A stretch of DNA of 64,000 bases from Fidelibacterota bacterium (GTDB lineage Bacteria > Fidelibacterota > UBA8477 > JABMPR01): positions 4,405 through 68,404 of the forward strand of contig JABMOS010000019.1 of NCBI GenBank assembly GCA_013203185.1, given 5' to 3'. The notes beneath the pieces are model-generated. The model was not told the origin of the DNA. It was given only the letters and a program-made list of their open reading frames with translations, and ran no database searches. Shown here one piece after another: positions 29,501 through 37,527 of this stretch (positions are counted from its first letter, which is position 1; each line of letters begins with the position of its first letter). The position numbers and the translations under genes were made by a program.

Positions 29501-29602
29501 GCAGCAACTTTCCTCACACTGTTTGTAGTTCCTTCGCTCTACAGTCTGCTTGCAGACGCAGGGATTCGAAGAGCTGAAAGGAAGCAGTTGAAAAATGCCT
29601 AG
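26501..29602 (+). CDS. RND (AcrB/HAE1-type) efflux permease
   Basis: Start at 26501 preceded by AAGGAG (26489..26494). MKIVDLSVDRKITVTMITLIV, 12-TM/two-loop architecture, conserved GLALGIGMLVDNAIVVIEN and VVNNGIVLVDYINQLR motifs. The ORF-track start at 26423 is an upstream extension overlapping the MFP gene. Confidence 0.9.
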   Translation: MKIVDLSVDRKITVTMITLIVILGGIISFTKLGLDMLPDVEFPMVSVVTVYSGASPEDIESIVTKPIEQAIASVSGVKGVVSTTVEGMSMIAVEFESGSNLDFAAQDLRDQLAMFADFLPDDIQTPLVMKFDMSALPLLFYGVTSEERPLNELAEYMDETAGYRLERIEGVASVIVQSPEVREIQVEIDQHALETSGITLNQIIQMIGFENLNMPAGRIVEDHKDFLVRTRAEFASLAEIEDLIVGISPTGNPIKLRQVAKVKDTVSDLRTEMRVQSKPGVMMIVTKQSGANTVKVADAVKAELAELQEVLPSDIEMHIGMDMSSSVKLTVNSTGRTALLGGVLAMLMIYFFLRNIRPTLAVGIAIPVSIVVTFIPLNAVGYTLNLLTLGGLALGIGMLVDNAIVVIENVFRHLEEGKSRKEAARLGASEVGMAITASTLTTLAVFLPMAMGSGTAGQLVRGLALSISFSLLASLFVSLTMVPMIASVFFKPRSKVDYTLKADDSWIVRLRAIYTAALTVVLQHRWKTLGAATLAFIISMALIPVVGTEFMPEMDQAMLMMKIKLPVGSALEETDQAVKQVEKIALSEDAIQTVIVSNGVNEEDRGQSGDMANAGSHEGMIMMAMKPKSQRSLSTTMIGEKIRGEIPAMRDVTIQSIDFGAAMGGGGADVEIQVFGKDFKVLEEISKKVASIIAEVEGVTDIKSSMEEAKPEYHIALNREEINRMGLVSGQVANTIKASTLGQVATRYRFAGDETNVRIKFREDQRNSIRDIGQIKLTTPMKTQIPLAQVASITREEGPVKIIRDNQSRMVLVTASILDRDLGSVMEEIIEILKPIQATLPDGYFVEYGGQYEQMIDTFITLGQALALAILLVFMVMASQFESLIHPLVIMVTIPLALIGVVIGFLISGVTISLTSFIGFILLTGIVVNNGIVLVDYINQLRRKGIEATAAIIEGGSTRLRPVLITALTTIFGMLPMVLDSSEGAKMRAPMAITVIGGLTAATFLTLFVVPSLYSLLADAGIRRAERKQLKNA

Positions 29603-29630
29603 CTAGACAGATTTTTTTAACCTTAAATCA

Positions 29631-29659
29631 AAGGGGGTTGATAGTATCAGCCCCTTTTT
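29631..29659 (+). terminator. Rho-independent terminator of the efflux operon
   Basis: AAGGGGGTTGA-tagta-TCAGCCCCTTTTT. Confidence 0.75.
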
Positions 29660-29740
29660 CTTATCAGAAATGTCGTGGAGAATACATTTTCAATCAGGGG
29701 ATAACCTATTTTGTAGCAGAGAATAATTAATGGAGACCCC

Positions 29741-30370
29741 ATGTTCAAACTTTCAAGATCCTACTTCCTCTCAATTCTGTTAACAGCATTTATGGCGACC
29801 TGTGTCTGTGCTCAAGATCAGGTATCAGAAATAAAGGAAACACCTGGTATCGGTGATACCTTCCCCCACTTCCAGCTAACTGACACGGAATACCAATCCG
29901 TCGATTTATACGACTATTTCCAAAGCCAACCGGTTCTGTTGATATATTATCGCGGGGGCTGGTGACCATACTGCAATTTACAGTTGGGTCAACTGTTAGA
30001 AATAGAGGCTGAATTGATTGAATTAGGATATCGTATAGTCGCCGTAAGCCCTGATCGTCCTGCAGAGCTTACAAAGACCATCGACAAAAATGAATTAACC
30101 TATACACTGCTATCTGACAGCACCATGGGAGGTGCCAAATCCCTGGGGATTGCAGAACGATTTGGTAGTGTAAAGGTAGCAGCCTATAAATTAAACAATC
30201 AGAATATTGAGACGGCATCAGGCCAGGATCATCATCTTATACCAGTTCCCAGTGTCTACATCATCGGAAAGGATGGCATTATCCGTTTTGCACATACAGA
30301 TGAAAATCATCGCAGACGAATCGACACGTTTGAAATTTTGTCCAGAGCCCAAAGTCTTATCAAGGATTGA
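29741..30370 (+). CDS. Probable selenoprotein: periplasmic peroxiredoxin-like (AhpC/TSA, PRX_like2-type) redoxin with UGA-encoded Sec in a UxxC motif
   Basis: The ORFs 29741..29965 and 29984..30370 are in the same frame, separated by a single TGA (29963..29965). Read-through gives LLIYYRGGW-U-PYCNLQLGQLLEIEAELIELGYRIVAVSPD, i.e. the RG.WCP.C...L...(I/V)S.D redoxin signature with TGA at the catalytic Cys position. A SECIS-like hairpin follows. Signal peptide at the N-terminus. Confidence 0.6.
29980..29996 (+). promoter_or_regulatory. Candidate bacterial SECIS element
   Basis: ACAGTT-GGGTC-AACTGT: perfect 6-bp stem starting 14 nt after the TGA. The 5-nt apical loop contains GGUC, as in the E. 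coli fdhF SECIS loop. The stem can extend via ATTT/AAAT with a 3-nt bulge. Confidence 0.5.
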
Positions 30371-30566
30371 GGGGAACATAAGATTGTTGGCAAGTCTTTG
30401 CGAGGTCTGAACGACCGTGGCAATTTCAGGGTCGTGGATATAGCCCGAGCTATAAGGATATATCTTTTATTTTACAACGAATCTGACGAAGGTCACGCAG
30501 CTTGTTATGGTTATTCGTTCTTTTCGTTTATTTCGTTGTGAAAAAGACAAATGTAATGTCCCCGAT

Positions 30567-33500
30567 CTATCGATATTGTGCCAATTCATCTAAAAAGGCC
30601 TGTTGAACCTTAAAGCCTAGAGCTTTAGCCTTATCAGCATGGACAACGGCCAGCTTATTCTTTTTCACTGTGTAATAAAGGATGGCCAAGTTGTTGTGTG
30701 TCCCACTATGTTCTGGATCAATGGTCAACGCTTTTTTGTATTCCTCAATGGCTTGTTCATATTCACCCAGGTTCTGATACATGGCACCCAATCCAATAAT
30801 TGCATTGACGTAGTCAGGTTTCAATTTGATTGCCCTCTGGAAATCAACAATCGCCTCTTTATATTTCTGTTTCTGGATCAACATGACTGCCTGATTATAG
30901 AAATATCTGGGATCCGTACTTTTGTCTGATTTTTCTGTGCGAGGTGGCATCTGCACAGACACCTTGGGTTGATCCATGGCCATGGTAAGATTTTTTATTT
31001 CAACCTGAGCTTCTTTTAAACCAGGACGAATTTTGAGCACTTCCTCCAGGACAGCAATAGCTTCTTCATAATCGCCACCCATTGAATAAATCTGGCTTAT
31101 CCGGTAATAAGCCGGATAATACCCTGGATCCAGCGCTATGGTTTTTCCATAGGAAATCAAAGCCGAATCCATGATTCCTGCACCCATTTGAAGACGAGCA
31201 ATATTGAAATGTGCCATGGCCAGATTGGGATCAATCTTAACAGCAGCCTCATAGGCAGCTCGTGCATGGGTTTTTTCACCCGTTTGCTCAAAAACTGTCC
31301 CCAGGTTATTGAGGGCCTGGCTGTGTTCTGGATCTAACTCCAAGACGGTTTGATACGCAACAATGGCTTCTTCATTTCGTCCAGCATTCATACAGAATAA
31401 TCCCAAATTGAGATTTGCCTCTATGGGGTCGCTGCCCATTTCAATGATTTGCCGACAATATTTGATAGACTCATCAAACTCACCTAACTCGGCGTGAGCA
31501 TTGGCCAGAATGAAAAAGGATGCAAGTCGATTGGGGAGACTGGGTAATATTTCTGTGAGTTGATCTATTTGCATTTGGACAACCGTATCTCTCAATCCAA
31601 TGCTTTCAAACATGTTGTAATCATGGACAGTATTGTTCTTGCCGTACTCCACCAACATCTCGGCATACTCAGTCTTTTGTTCTGCTGTGGCTTCAGATAA
31701 ATCGACCATATCTTCGAAAGGGGAGTATACGGAGAGCATAAACCTGGCAAATTTGAGCTGGCCGTCTACATCAAGGACTTCCCGCATAACATTGGTTATC
31801 TCATCACTGAGGGTGCGTCTAGCAGCCAGGGTTCTCTCAACCGTTTTATCCACAAGATGCATCCGCTGTGGCGCCATAAATTCCAGAACAGGATGATCAT
31901 CGGTGTGACCAGGTCCTGAGCCAAAAAGAGCAGGCAGATTATCGCTCACAATAAGTCGGTATAATATCCTGGGATCTTCAATAATCAAATTGGGAGATTT
32001 TTGAAGCAGTGGTAAGTTTTTGAACGCATTTTCCAGGGAAAGCTGCTTCAGTCCCTTGAAGCCAACCAATAAATAATCATTCCCGCCAAGAAAAGATTTC
32101 ATTAATAAACTATTGGGGTAGACCTTTGTAAAAGTCCTTCCGATCATGGAGAAGGTGGTCCAGTCCATCTGATAAGAAGGTAACCATTGAATGAATACAC
32201 CATCCCAGTTCAGTCTGTTTTTTGTTAATCTAAAGAACTCTTCAGTAAATAAGTTTGCCAGCCCGGCCATCCATGGATTGGAGGGTTCTGAAGTAATGAC
32301 ATCATATATTTGATCCGTCAATTCCAGGTGAGCCCGGCCATCCTGAATAATCAGATTTGTAGCCGGATGCGAAAGGACATCATTATTTGTTTCACTAAAA
32401 AAATGGCTGGCTTCTACTACCTGTTCACTAATTTCAAGAATATCCAATCGGTCGAGATCATAGTACAGCGCTTCCCCAGCCGTCACCCCGCTAGCCAGAC
32501 CTAAAATCATCACATTCTTGGGTTGGGGGTGGAAGAGTAGGGGCAAATGTGCCAGCATGGTTTGAGTAGCCATGTCCGATTCAGATGAAGCATCTGCCTT
32601 GCCGCTATTGTATAGGACATATTGGGGCTTTCCAAATGGATCGATATCCTGCTCCACTGTGGTAAAACCACCGATACCATCCCCATAAAAAACCACCTCT
32701 GTTCCACTGATATTTGGCATGAAATCACGGGGGAGCTTTACCAGGGCATCCCACCAGCTGGTGGATTTCAGCATGTCTGCGTAGCCACTAAATCTATAAT
32801 ATTTGCCTGTAGCCAATTGCTCCCTGTCCCAGTGTGGGAATGCAAATGTGAGCAGCAGTCCAAAGATGCCGGCGCCAAGGAGTATGACCCTGGTTCTGGA
32901 CTTTTCGCCCTTGGGATAGAGAAGACCAGTAATAACCAAAACAGTAACTAGTTGGATACCAATAACCAGGCTCAGGCTATTTTCCTTGCCCAGCAGGGGA
33001 ATCAGAATGAATCCCGCAGAGAAGGATCCCAACAATGCACCGATGGTATTGATGGCGTATGCAAACCCAATTGATTTGCCGAGTTTTTGGATAGAACTGG
33101 TGTAAATCTTACCCACCAGTGGAAAGGTGGCTCCCAATACGATGGTCGGTCCCAGGAGCAGGACAAACAAGAGTATGCCTTTGGCAACGGAGAGTATGAT
33201 AAAATTATCCCTAAAACTGAATATCAATTTGGCGAAGAAAAACTGACTGTTTCCCAAAAACTGACTTACAAAAAGGGCCAGAATGGCTGCGCTCACCTGG
33301 GTAATAAGGAGCAGCCGGAAAGGATGTTTACTCCTGTCCGCCAGCCAACCAAAGAGAATGGCTCCCAGGGCCAGGCCAACAATGAAAGTGGTGAGAACTA
33401 TGGTGAAAGAATAGGTCGTGGGTCCTATAATCAGACCCAAGAGTCTGGTCCAAATAACCTCGTAAGCCATGGCAGCAAAACCTGAAACTGCAAAAAGAGC

Positions 33501-34277
33501 CAGGGCTGCTATTTGGTGGGAATGTGTATACTGGAAATCATCTTTGCTCTGAGAATGGATAGCGCCTTGGGCATCAGAAACAATTTCAGTTAATGCGGTT
33601 CGTTTGGCTACCCAACTAGCCAGAACAAAGGCAACGCCACCAATTATAAAATTTACTACCACCGCAAAACGCAGGGTGCCATCCACTCCCCATAACTTAA
33701 TGAGAAAAAATCCACTAAGAATTGAACCCACTGCTGCACCAATTGTATTGATAGCATACAAGCGACCAACCCGGGCACCGAGGTGACCCAAATTGGCTAC
33801 ATAAAAACGAATCAGAATGGGCAAGGTGGCACCCATAAGTGTTACGGGGATAATGAATAGAACAAATGCTCCAATGAGGATGACCGCATTGAATATGAGT
33901 AAATGTTCTGAGGATTGATTATAGATGGCGCTAAATATTGACTGGCTAGCCGCTATGAACCCGCCTAAAAGCAGAGCATAGACGCCGATACCAATCTCCA
34001 TGAGACCATAAAGTTGGATCAATTGCGAGGATTTTTGGATCTTATCAATGTATTTTCCTGCGAGGTAACTCCCTAACCCAAGCCCCCCCATGAAAACGGT
34101 AAGCACGATACTGATGGCGAAAGGTGCTGCCCCAATCACCTTGACAATCATCCTGGACCAGATAACCTGATAGAAAAGGCCGGTCATTCCAGAGCACAAA
34201 AATAGCACCAGGATAATGAGACCAATAAATCTGGGGTTATACGTTGGTGTCGATTCTGTTCGCTCTGGGTCAGTCAT
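30567..34277 (-). CDS. Fused polytopic membrane (MFS-like) / spermidine synthase-like / TPR-repeat protein
   Basis: N-terminal ~480 aa with ~12-14 hydrophobic helices. Central aminopropyltransferase-like methyltransferase fold (VMILGLASGVTAGEAL, LDILEISEQVVEAS, IIQDGRAHLE, YDVITSEPSNPWMAGLANLFTEEFF). C-terminal ~400 aa of TPR repeats (A..Y...L..DP......NLG...). Confidence 0.75.
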   Translation of the reverse strand: MTDPERTESTPTYNPRFIGLIILVLFLCSGMTGLFYQVIWSRMIVKVIGAAPFAISIVLTVFMGGLGLGSYLAGKYIDKIQKSSQLIQLYGLMEIGIGVYALLLGGFIAASQSIFSAIYNQSSEHLLIFNAVILIGAFVLFIIPVTLMGATLPILIRFYVANLGHLGARVGRLYAINTIGAAVGSILSGFFLIKLWGVDGTLRFAVVVNFIIGGVAFVLASWVAKRTALTEIVSDAQGAIHSQSKDDFQYTHSHQIAALALFAVSGFAAMAYEVIWTRLLGLIIGPTTYSFTIVLTTFIVGLALGAILFGWLADRSKHPFRLLLITQVSAAILALFVSQFLGNSQFFFAKLIFSFRDNFIILSVAKGILLFVLLLGPTIVLGATFPLVGKIYTSSIQKLGKSIGFAYAINTIGALLGSFSAGFILIPLLGKENSLSLVIGIQLVTVLVITGLLYPKGEKSRTRVILLGAGIFGLLLTFAFPHWDREQLATGKYYRFSGYADMLKSTSWWDALVKLPRDFMPNISGTEVVFYGDGIGGFTTVEQDIDPFGKPQYVLYNSGKADASSESDMATQTMLAHLPLLFHPQPKNVMILGLASGVTAGEALYYDLDRLDILEISEQVVEASHFFSETNNDVLSHPATNLIIQDGRAHLELTDQIYDVITSEPSNPWMAGLANLFTEEFFRLTKNRLNWDGVFIQWLPSYQMDWTTFSMIGRTFTKVYPNSLLMKSFLGGNDYLLVGFKGLKQLSLENAFKNLPLLQKSPNLIIEDPRILYRLIVSDNLPALFGSGPGHTDDHPVLEFMAPQRMHLVDKTVERTLAARRTLSDEITNVMREVLDVDGQLKFARFMLSVYSPFEDMVDLSEATAEQKTEYAEMLVEYGKNNTVHDYNMFESIGLRDTVVQMQIDQLTEILPSLPNRLASFFILANAHAELGEFDESIKYCRQIIEMGSDPIEANLNLGLFCMNAGRNEEAIVAYQTVLELDPEHSQALNNLGTVFEQTGEKTHARAAYEAAVKIDPNLAMAHFNIARLQMGAGIMDSALISYGKTIALDPGYYPAYYRISQIYSMGGDYEEAIAVLEEVLKIRPGLKEAQVEIKNLTMAMDQPKVSVQMPPRTEKSDKSTDPRYFYNQAVMLIQKQKYKEAIVDFQRAIKLKPDYVNAIIGLGAMYQNLGEYEQAIEEYKKALTIDPEHSGTHNNLAILYYTVKKNKLAVVHADKAKALGFKVQQAFLDELAQYR

Positions 34278-34370
34278 TGGATGGTCTCATCTTTTGATTA
34301 ATTATTAAACATATCTTTTCCGAAAGAGGTGATGCGCGCGAGATGCAGATGCCTAGCCAATCACATCACT

Positions 34371-35189
34371 CTATTTTAAATAGACCATTTTGATTGTCTG
34401 GAACTCTCCCCCTGAAGTCAATCGACACAAATACACTCCGGATTGAATTGATTCTCCCCTGCTATTTCTGCCATCCCAACTGATTTGATGCTGACCTGCT
34501 TGCAATGTATGTTTCACCAGTGTCTGGATATGGCGACCCGTCAAATCGTATATGGTCACCTCGGCCAGTGCGGAATTTGGGAGTGTGAATTCTATTGAAG
34601 TAGATGGATTGAAAGGGTTGGGGAAATTTTGCTCCAGCGAAATTTGATTTGGAACCAGTATTGGTTCTCCATCGATACCAACAATGATGGTCAAGTCATA
34701 GCTAAGCTGCATACTGTGAAAATTAGCATGCTCTGGTGGTGAAATAGTTTCTGTGGATCCCATAAAAGGAAATACAAAGGAATATAGCGGACCCTGAGAG
34801 TGTTGATCCGTCAACTCCAGGGTCAGGGAGTAATCTCCAACAGCCACTGTATCACCGTTAACATCTGTAAAATCCCATTGAGCTGTCCTTGTACCATGGC
34901 TGGAGGATGTTGCTCCTGTTACTCCATCAACTGTATTGCCACCAGAGATAAGGTTCCATGTGTATAAATACTGACGCCGGTTATTTCCCCATACCCTCAG
35001 CGTCTTGACAAAACTGCCCGAGCTTGACTCAATCCAGATTGCACCGACGTTGCGTGGTGAAAAGTTGCCCCCAGGAGAGGATGTGGTGACTTGAAAAGCA
35101 ATGGTCATAGTAGTATCAGAGGTTTGTGCGTTCAAGGTAGCTAAGAAACACAGAGCTCCCAGAAGTAGGTGTGAAAATTTGAATGTCAT
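34371..35189 (-). CDS. DUF2271-like secreted protein with T9SS C-terminal sorting domain
   Basis: SPRNVGAIWIESSSGSFVKTLRVWG..RRQYLYTW...VDGVTGATSSSHGTRTAQWDFTDVNGDTVAVGDYSLTLELTDQH resembles DUF2271. C-terminal NFPNPFNPSTSIEFTL...VTIYDLTGRHI...GVYLCRLTSGGEFQTIKMVYLK. Start at 35189 (GGAG upstream, signal peptide MTFKFSHLLLGALCFLATLNAQ); the ORF opens at 35234. Confidence 0.65.
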   Translation of the reverse strand: MTFKFSHLLLGALCFLATLNAQTSDTTMTIAFQVTTSSPGGNFSPRNVGAIWIESSSGSFVKTLRVWGNNRRQYLYTWNLISGGNTVDGVTGATSSSHGTRTAQWDFTDVNGDTVAVGDYSLTLELTDQHSQGPLYSFVFPFMGSTETISPPEHANFHSMQLSYDLTIIVGIDGEPILVPNQISLEQNFPNPFNPSTSIEFTLPNSALAEVTIYDLTGRHIQTLVKHTLQAGQHQISWDGRNSRGESIQSGVYLCRLTSGGEFQTIKMVYLK

Positions 35190-35421
35190 GCGGATGAATC
35201 TCCAGTTTGTTTTGCCTGCAATTAAATAAATCATGCAATATGGGAGATCAACCTAAAGCTATTGACTGAATTTCTCAATTATTAAATTTCAAAAACAGGG
35301 GATAACATCTTATTGAATCAATCACCTCCTCCTTTATCTTCTTTCACTTCATGAATCTATGAAAATGGCACTATCCATGCTTTGATTGAGACCGCTGAGT
35401 AGCAGTCCAGTAAAAAGATAA

Positions 35422-37404
35422 ATGGTGAAAATGAAACAAGCTGAAGCATTAAAAAATTACGCAGCCACCCGCAAAGCCATTGGCTATGTGGAGCGGCAAA
35501 AAGCCAAACCAAAAGATTATAAACGTATCGGTTTTAAGTCAGGCTTGGAAGTTCATCAGCAACTCAAGACCAAGAGCAAACTTTTCTGTCGCTGTCCCGC
35601 TGGCATCTACCATTCAGATGATGATTTTGATGCTGAGGTTATCCGTCATATGCGCCCCACCCTGAGTGAATTGGGTGAATATGATGGCACGGCCCTCATG
35701 GAATTCAAGACCCGCAAGAATATTACCTATCGTCTCAACAACAGGAGTGCTTGCACCTATGAAGTAGATGATACTCCCCCTTTCCACATCGATCCGGAAG
35801 CTTTGGAAATTGCCATAGAAATATCACTCCTCTCCAAACTGAATATTGTTGGTGAAGTTCACATCACCCGAAAACAATATCTGGATGGCAGTATCCCAAC
35901 CGGTTTCCAGAGGACAGCAATTCTTGGTGTGGAGGGAGAGATTCAACTTAAAAATAAAAAAGTGGGCCTCATCCAGCTCAGCATAGAAGAAGATTCATGC
36001 CGGGAAATTTCTGATATTGGTCATGAAAGGATTTACAAAACTGATCGTCTCGGTATGCCTCTCATCGAAACTGTCACCCAGCCAGAGCTGGAAACACCAG
36101 ATGAGCTGGCTGAAGCAGCGGAATACATCCGCTTTTTAAACCGCAGTACCGATAAAGTTCGTACGGGTATGGGGGCAGGTCGGGAAGATGTCAATGTGAG
36201 TTGTGCCGGTGGCAGCAGGGTCGAAATAAAGGGAGTCGCCCACAACAAATGGATCCCTGAACTTTCCCATAATGAAGCATTCCGTCAATGGGCACTCCTG
36301 AACATAAAGAGGCTCATCCATGATCGGGGTATCCAACAAAATAAATGGGTAATGAGCCACAAAGAGATCGATTATTCAATGCCAGAACTTTTGGCATCTC
36401 CTCTGAGAGAGAAACTGAATCGGAGAATGAAAGTCATCGCCATTAATCTTCCGAAACTTAAAGGAATTCTCTCTCACTTTATGCAACCTGGCCACAGTTT
36501 TGCTCATGAGATTAGTCATCGCTTGAAGGTAATCGCCTGTATCGAGCGTCCCAATATGACCCATTCTGAAAGCTTTAATCCACTTCTTAGTGATGAGGAG
36601 CTGGGCAAAATTTCAAAATGGCTGGGAGCTAAGAAAGACGATGCTCAGATTGTGCTCTGGGGACCCGCTGAGGACATTCCCACTGCCCTGGAAACCGTGG
36701 AAGAACGAATCCGTATGGCCTTTGAGGGCGTTCCTGAGGAAACCCGGAAATCCCTGCCTGATGGTACAACCATCTTTGAAAGAGTTCTCCCTGGAAGTGA
36801 TCGCATGTATCCCGACACAGATTCTGCACCCATTCCTCTCACTGTAGAATTCATTGATAAGCTGGGTAAAAATTTACCCCCAGATATTGCTGATCGTTAT
36901 GCGCAGATGAAGGCGTGGGGCATTCCATCGGATACCTGGAAATATCTCCTGAGTAAAAATATGGTCCCCCTCATCGAGAAAATTTGTGAGGGGCATGGCT
37001 ATACCCACAAATTCATTGGATCCTTCCTGGGACATACTTTCAAAAACATTGAGGGAAAACGCGAATTGCACAAAAACTTCTTCTATGAAAAAACCTATGA
37101 GCTGTTTCGCTATATCAAGGAGAAGAAGCTGGAGCCAGGTATTGCTAAGTATATGATGCCAGTGATATATGAATTTCCTGACATGCAGTTTAGCTCAGTA
37201 CTTACCTCTATCCAATTCAGACAGCGCAGTATGACAGACATTATAACTCCGATAAAATTTTTGCATGAAAAGTATCTAGAGAATACACCAGAAGTGAAGC
37301 CAGGAGATGATATAAACTGGCTTATGGGTCAGGTGCATCATCAAGCTATCGGAAATGTGGAAATGGCTGATCTGAGACAAAAGATCGGGACAATAATTAA
37401 ATGA
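35422..37404 (+). CDS. gatE: Glutamyl-tRNA(Gln) amidotransferase subunit E (archaeal-type GatE)
   Basis: Blocks colinear with archaeal GatE as I recall it: GFKSGLEVHQQLKTKSKLFCRCP, RHMRPTLSELGEYD, EVDDTPPFHIDPEALEIAIEISLL, TRKQYLDGSIPTGFQRT, LSIEEDSCRE, YKTDRLGMPLIETVT, GREDVNVS..GGSRVEIKGV, GVPEETRKSLPDGTTIFERVLPGSDRMYPDTD. At 660 aa it is longer than GatB. Confidence 0.8.
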   Translation: MVKMKQAEALKNYAATRKAIGYVERQKAKPKDYKRIGFKSGLEVHQQLKTKSKLFCRCPAGIYHSDDDFDAEVIRHMRPTLSELGEYDGTALMEFKTRKNITYRLNNRSACTYEVDDTPPFHIDPEALEIAIEISLLSKLNIVGEVHITRKQYLDGSIPTGFQRTAILGVEGEIQLKNKKVGLIQLSIEEDSCREISDIGHERIYKTDRLGMPLIETVTQPELETPDELAEAAEYIRFLNRSTDKVRTGMGAGREDVNVSCAGGSRVEIKGVAHNKWIPELSHNEAFRQWALLNIKRLIHDRGIQQNKWVMSHKEIDYSMPELLASPLREKLNRRMKVIAINLPKLKGILSHFMQPGHSFAHEISHRLKVIACIERPNMTHSESFNPLLSDEELGKISKWLGAKKDDAQIVLWGPAEDIPTALETVEERIRMAFEGVPEETRKSLPDGTTIFERVLPGSDRMYPDTDSAPIPLTVEFIDKLGKNLPPDIADRYAQMKAWGIPSDTWKYLLSKNMVPLIEKICEGHGYTHKFIGSFLGHTFKNIEGKRELHKNFFYEKTYELFRYIKEKKLEPGIAKYMMPVIYEFPDMQFSSVLTSIQFRQRSMTDIITPIKFLHEKYLENTPEVKPGDDINWLMGQVHHQAIGNVEMADLRQKIGTIIK

Positions 37405-37527
37405 TATCCAGATCAACTGCAAAGGGCGCGGAGCACGCCAAGAAAGTTGTGTATAAAACCTTTGCGCTCTTCGCGAACGCTGCGGTAAAAGAGTTTTTAA
37501 TATCGAATTTGAGAGAGAAATGATTCT

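Noticed and set aside
29695-29713. Shared 11-mer CAGGGGATAAC upstream of the redoxin gene and again at 35296..35306 upstream of gatE, considered as a possible common regulatory site
   Set aside because: A single shared 11-mer is expected many times by chance in 2 x 64 kb. The flanks diverge and the distances to the start codons differ (about 35 versus 115 nt).
29984-30370. Independent 128-aa ORF starting at TTG, or a pseudogene interpretation of the split redoxin gene
   Set aside because: The TTG lies inside the SECIS-like hairpin, and the ORF lacks the N-terminal half of the thioredoxin fold. The same frame is maintained across a single TGA placed exactly at the catalytic Cys, so Sec recoding is the better explanation. 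A simple nonsense pseudogene cannot be fully excluded without Sec machinery or read data.
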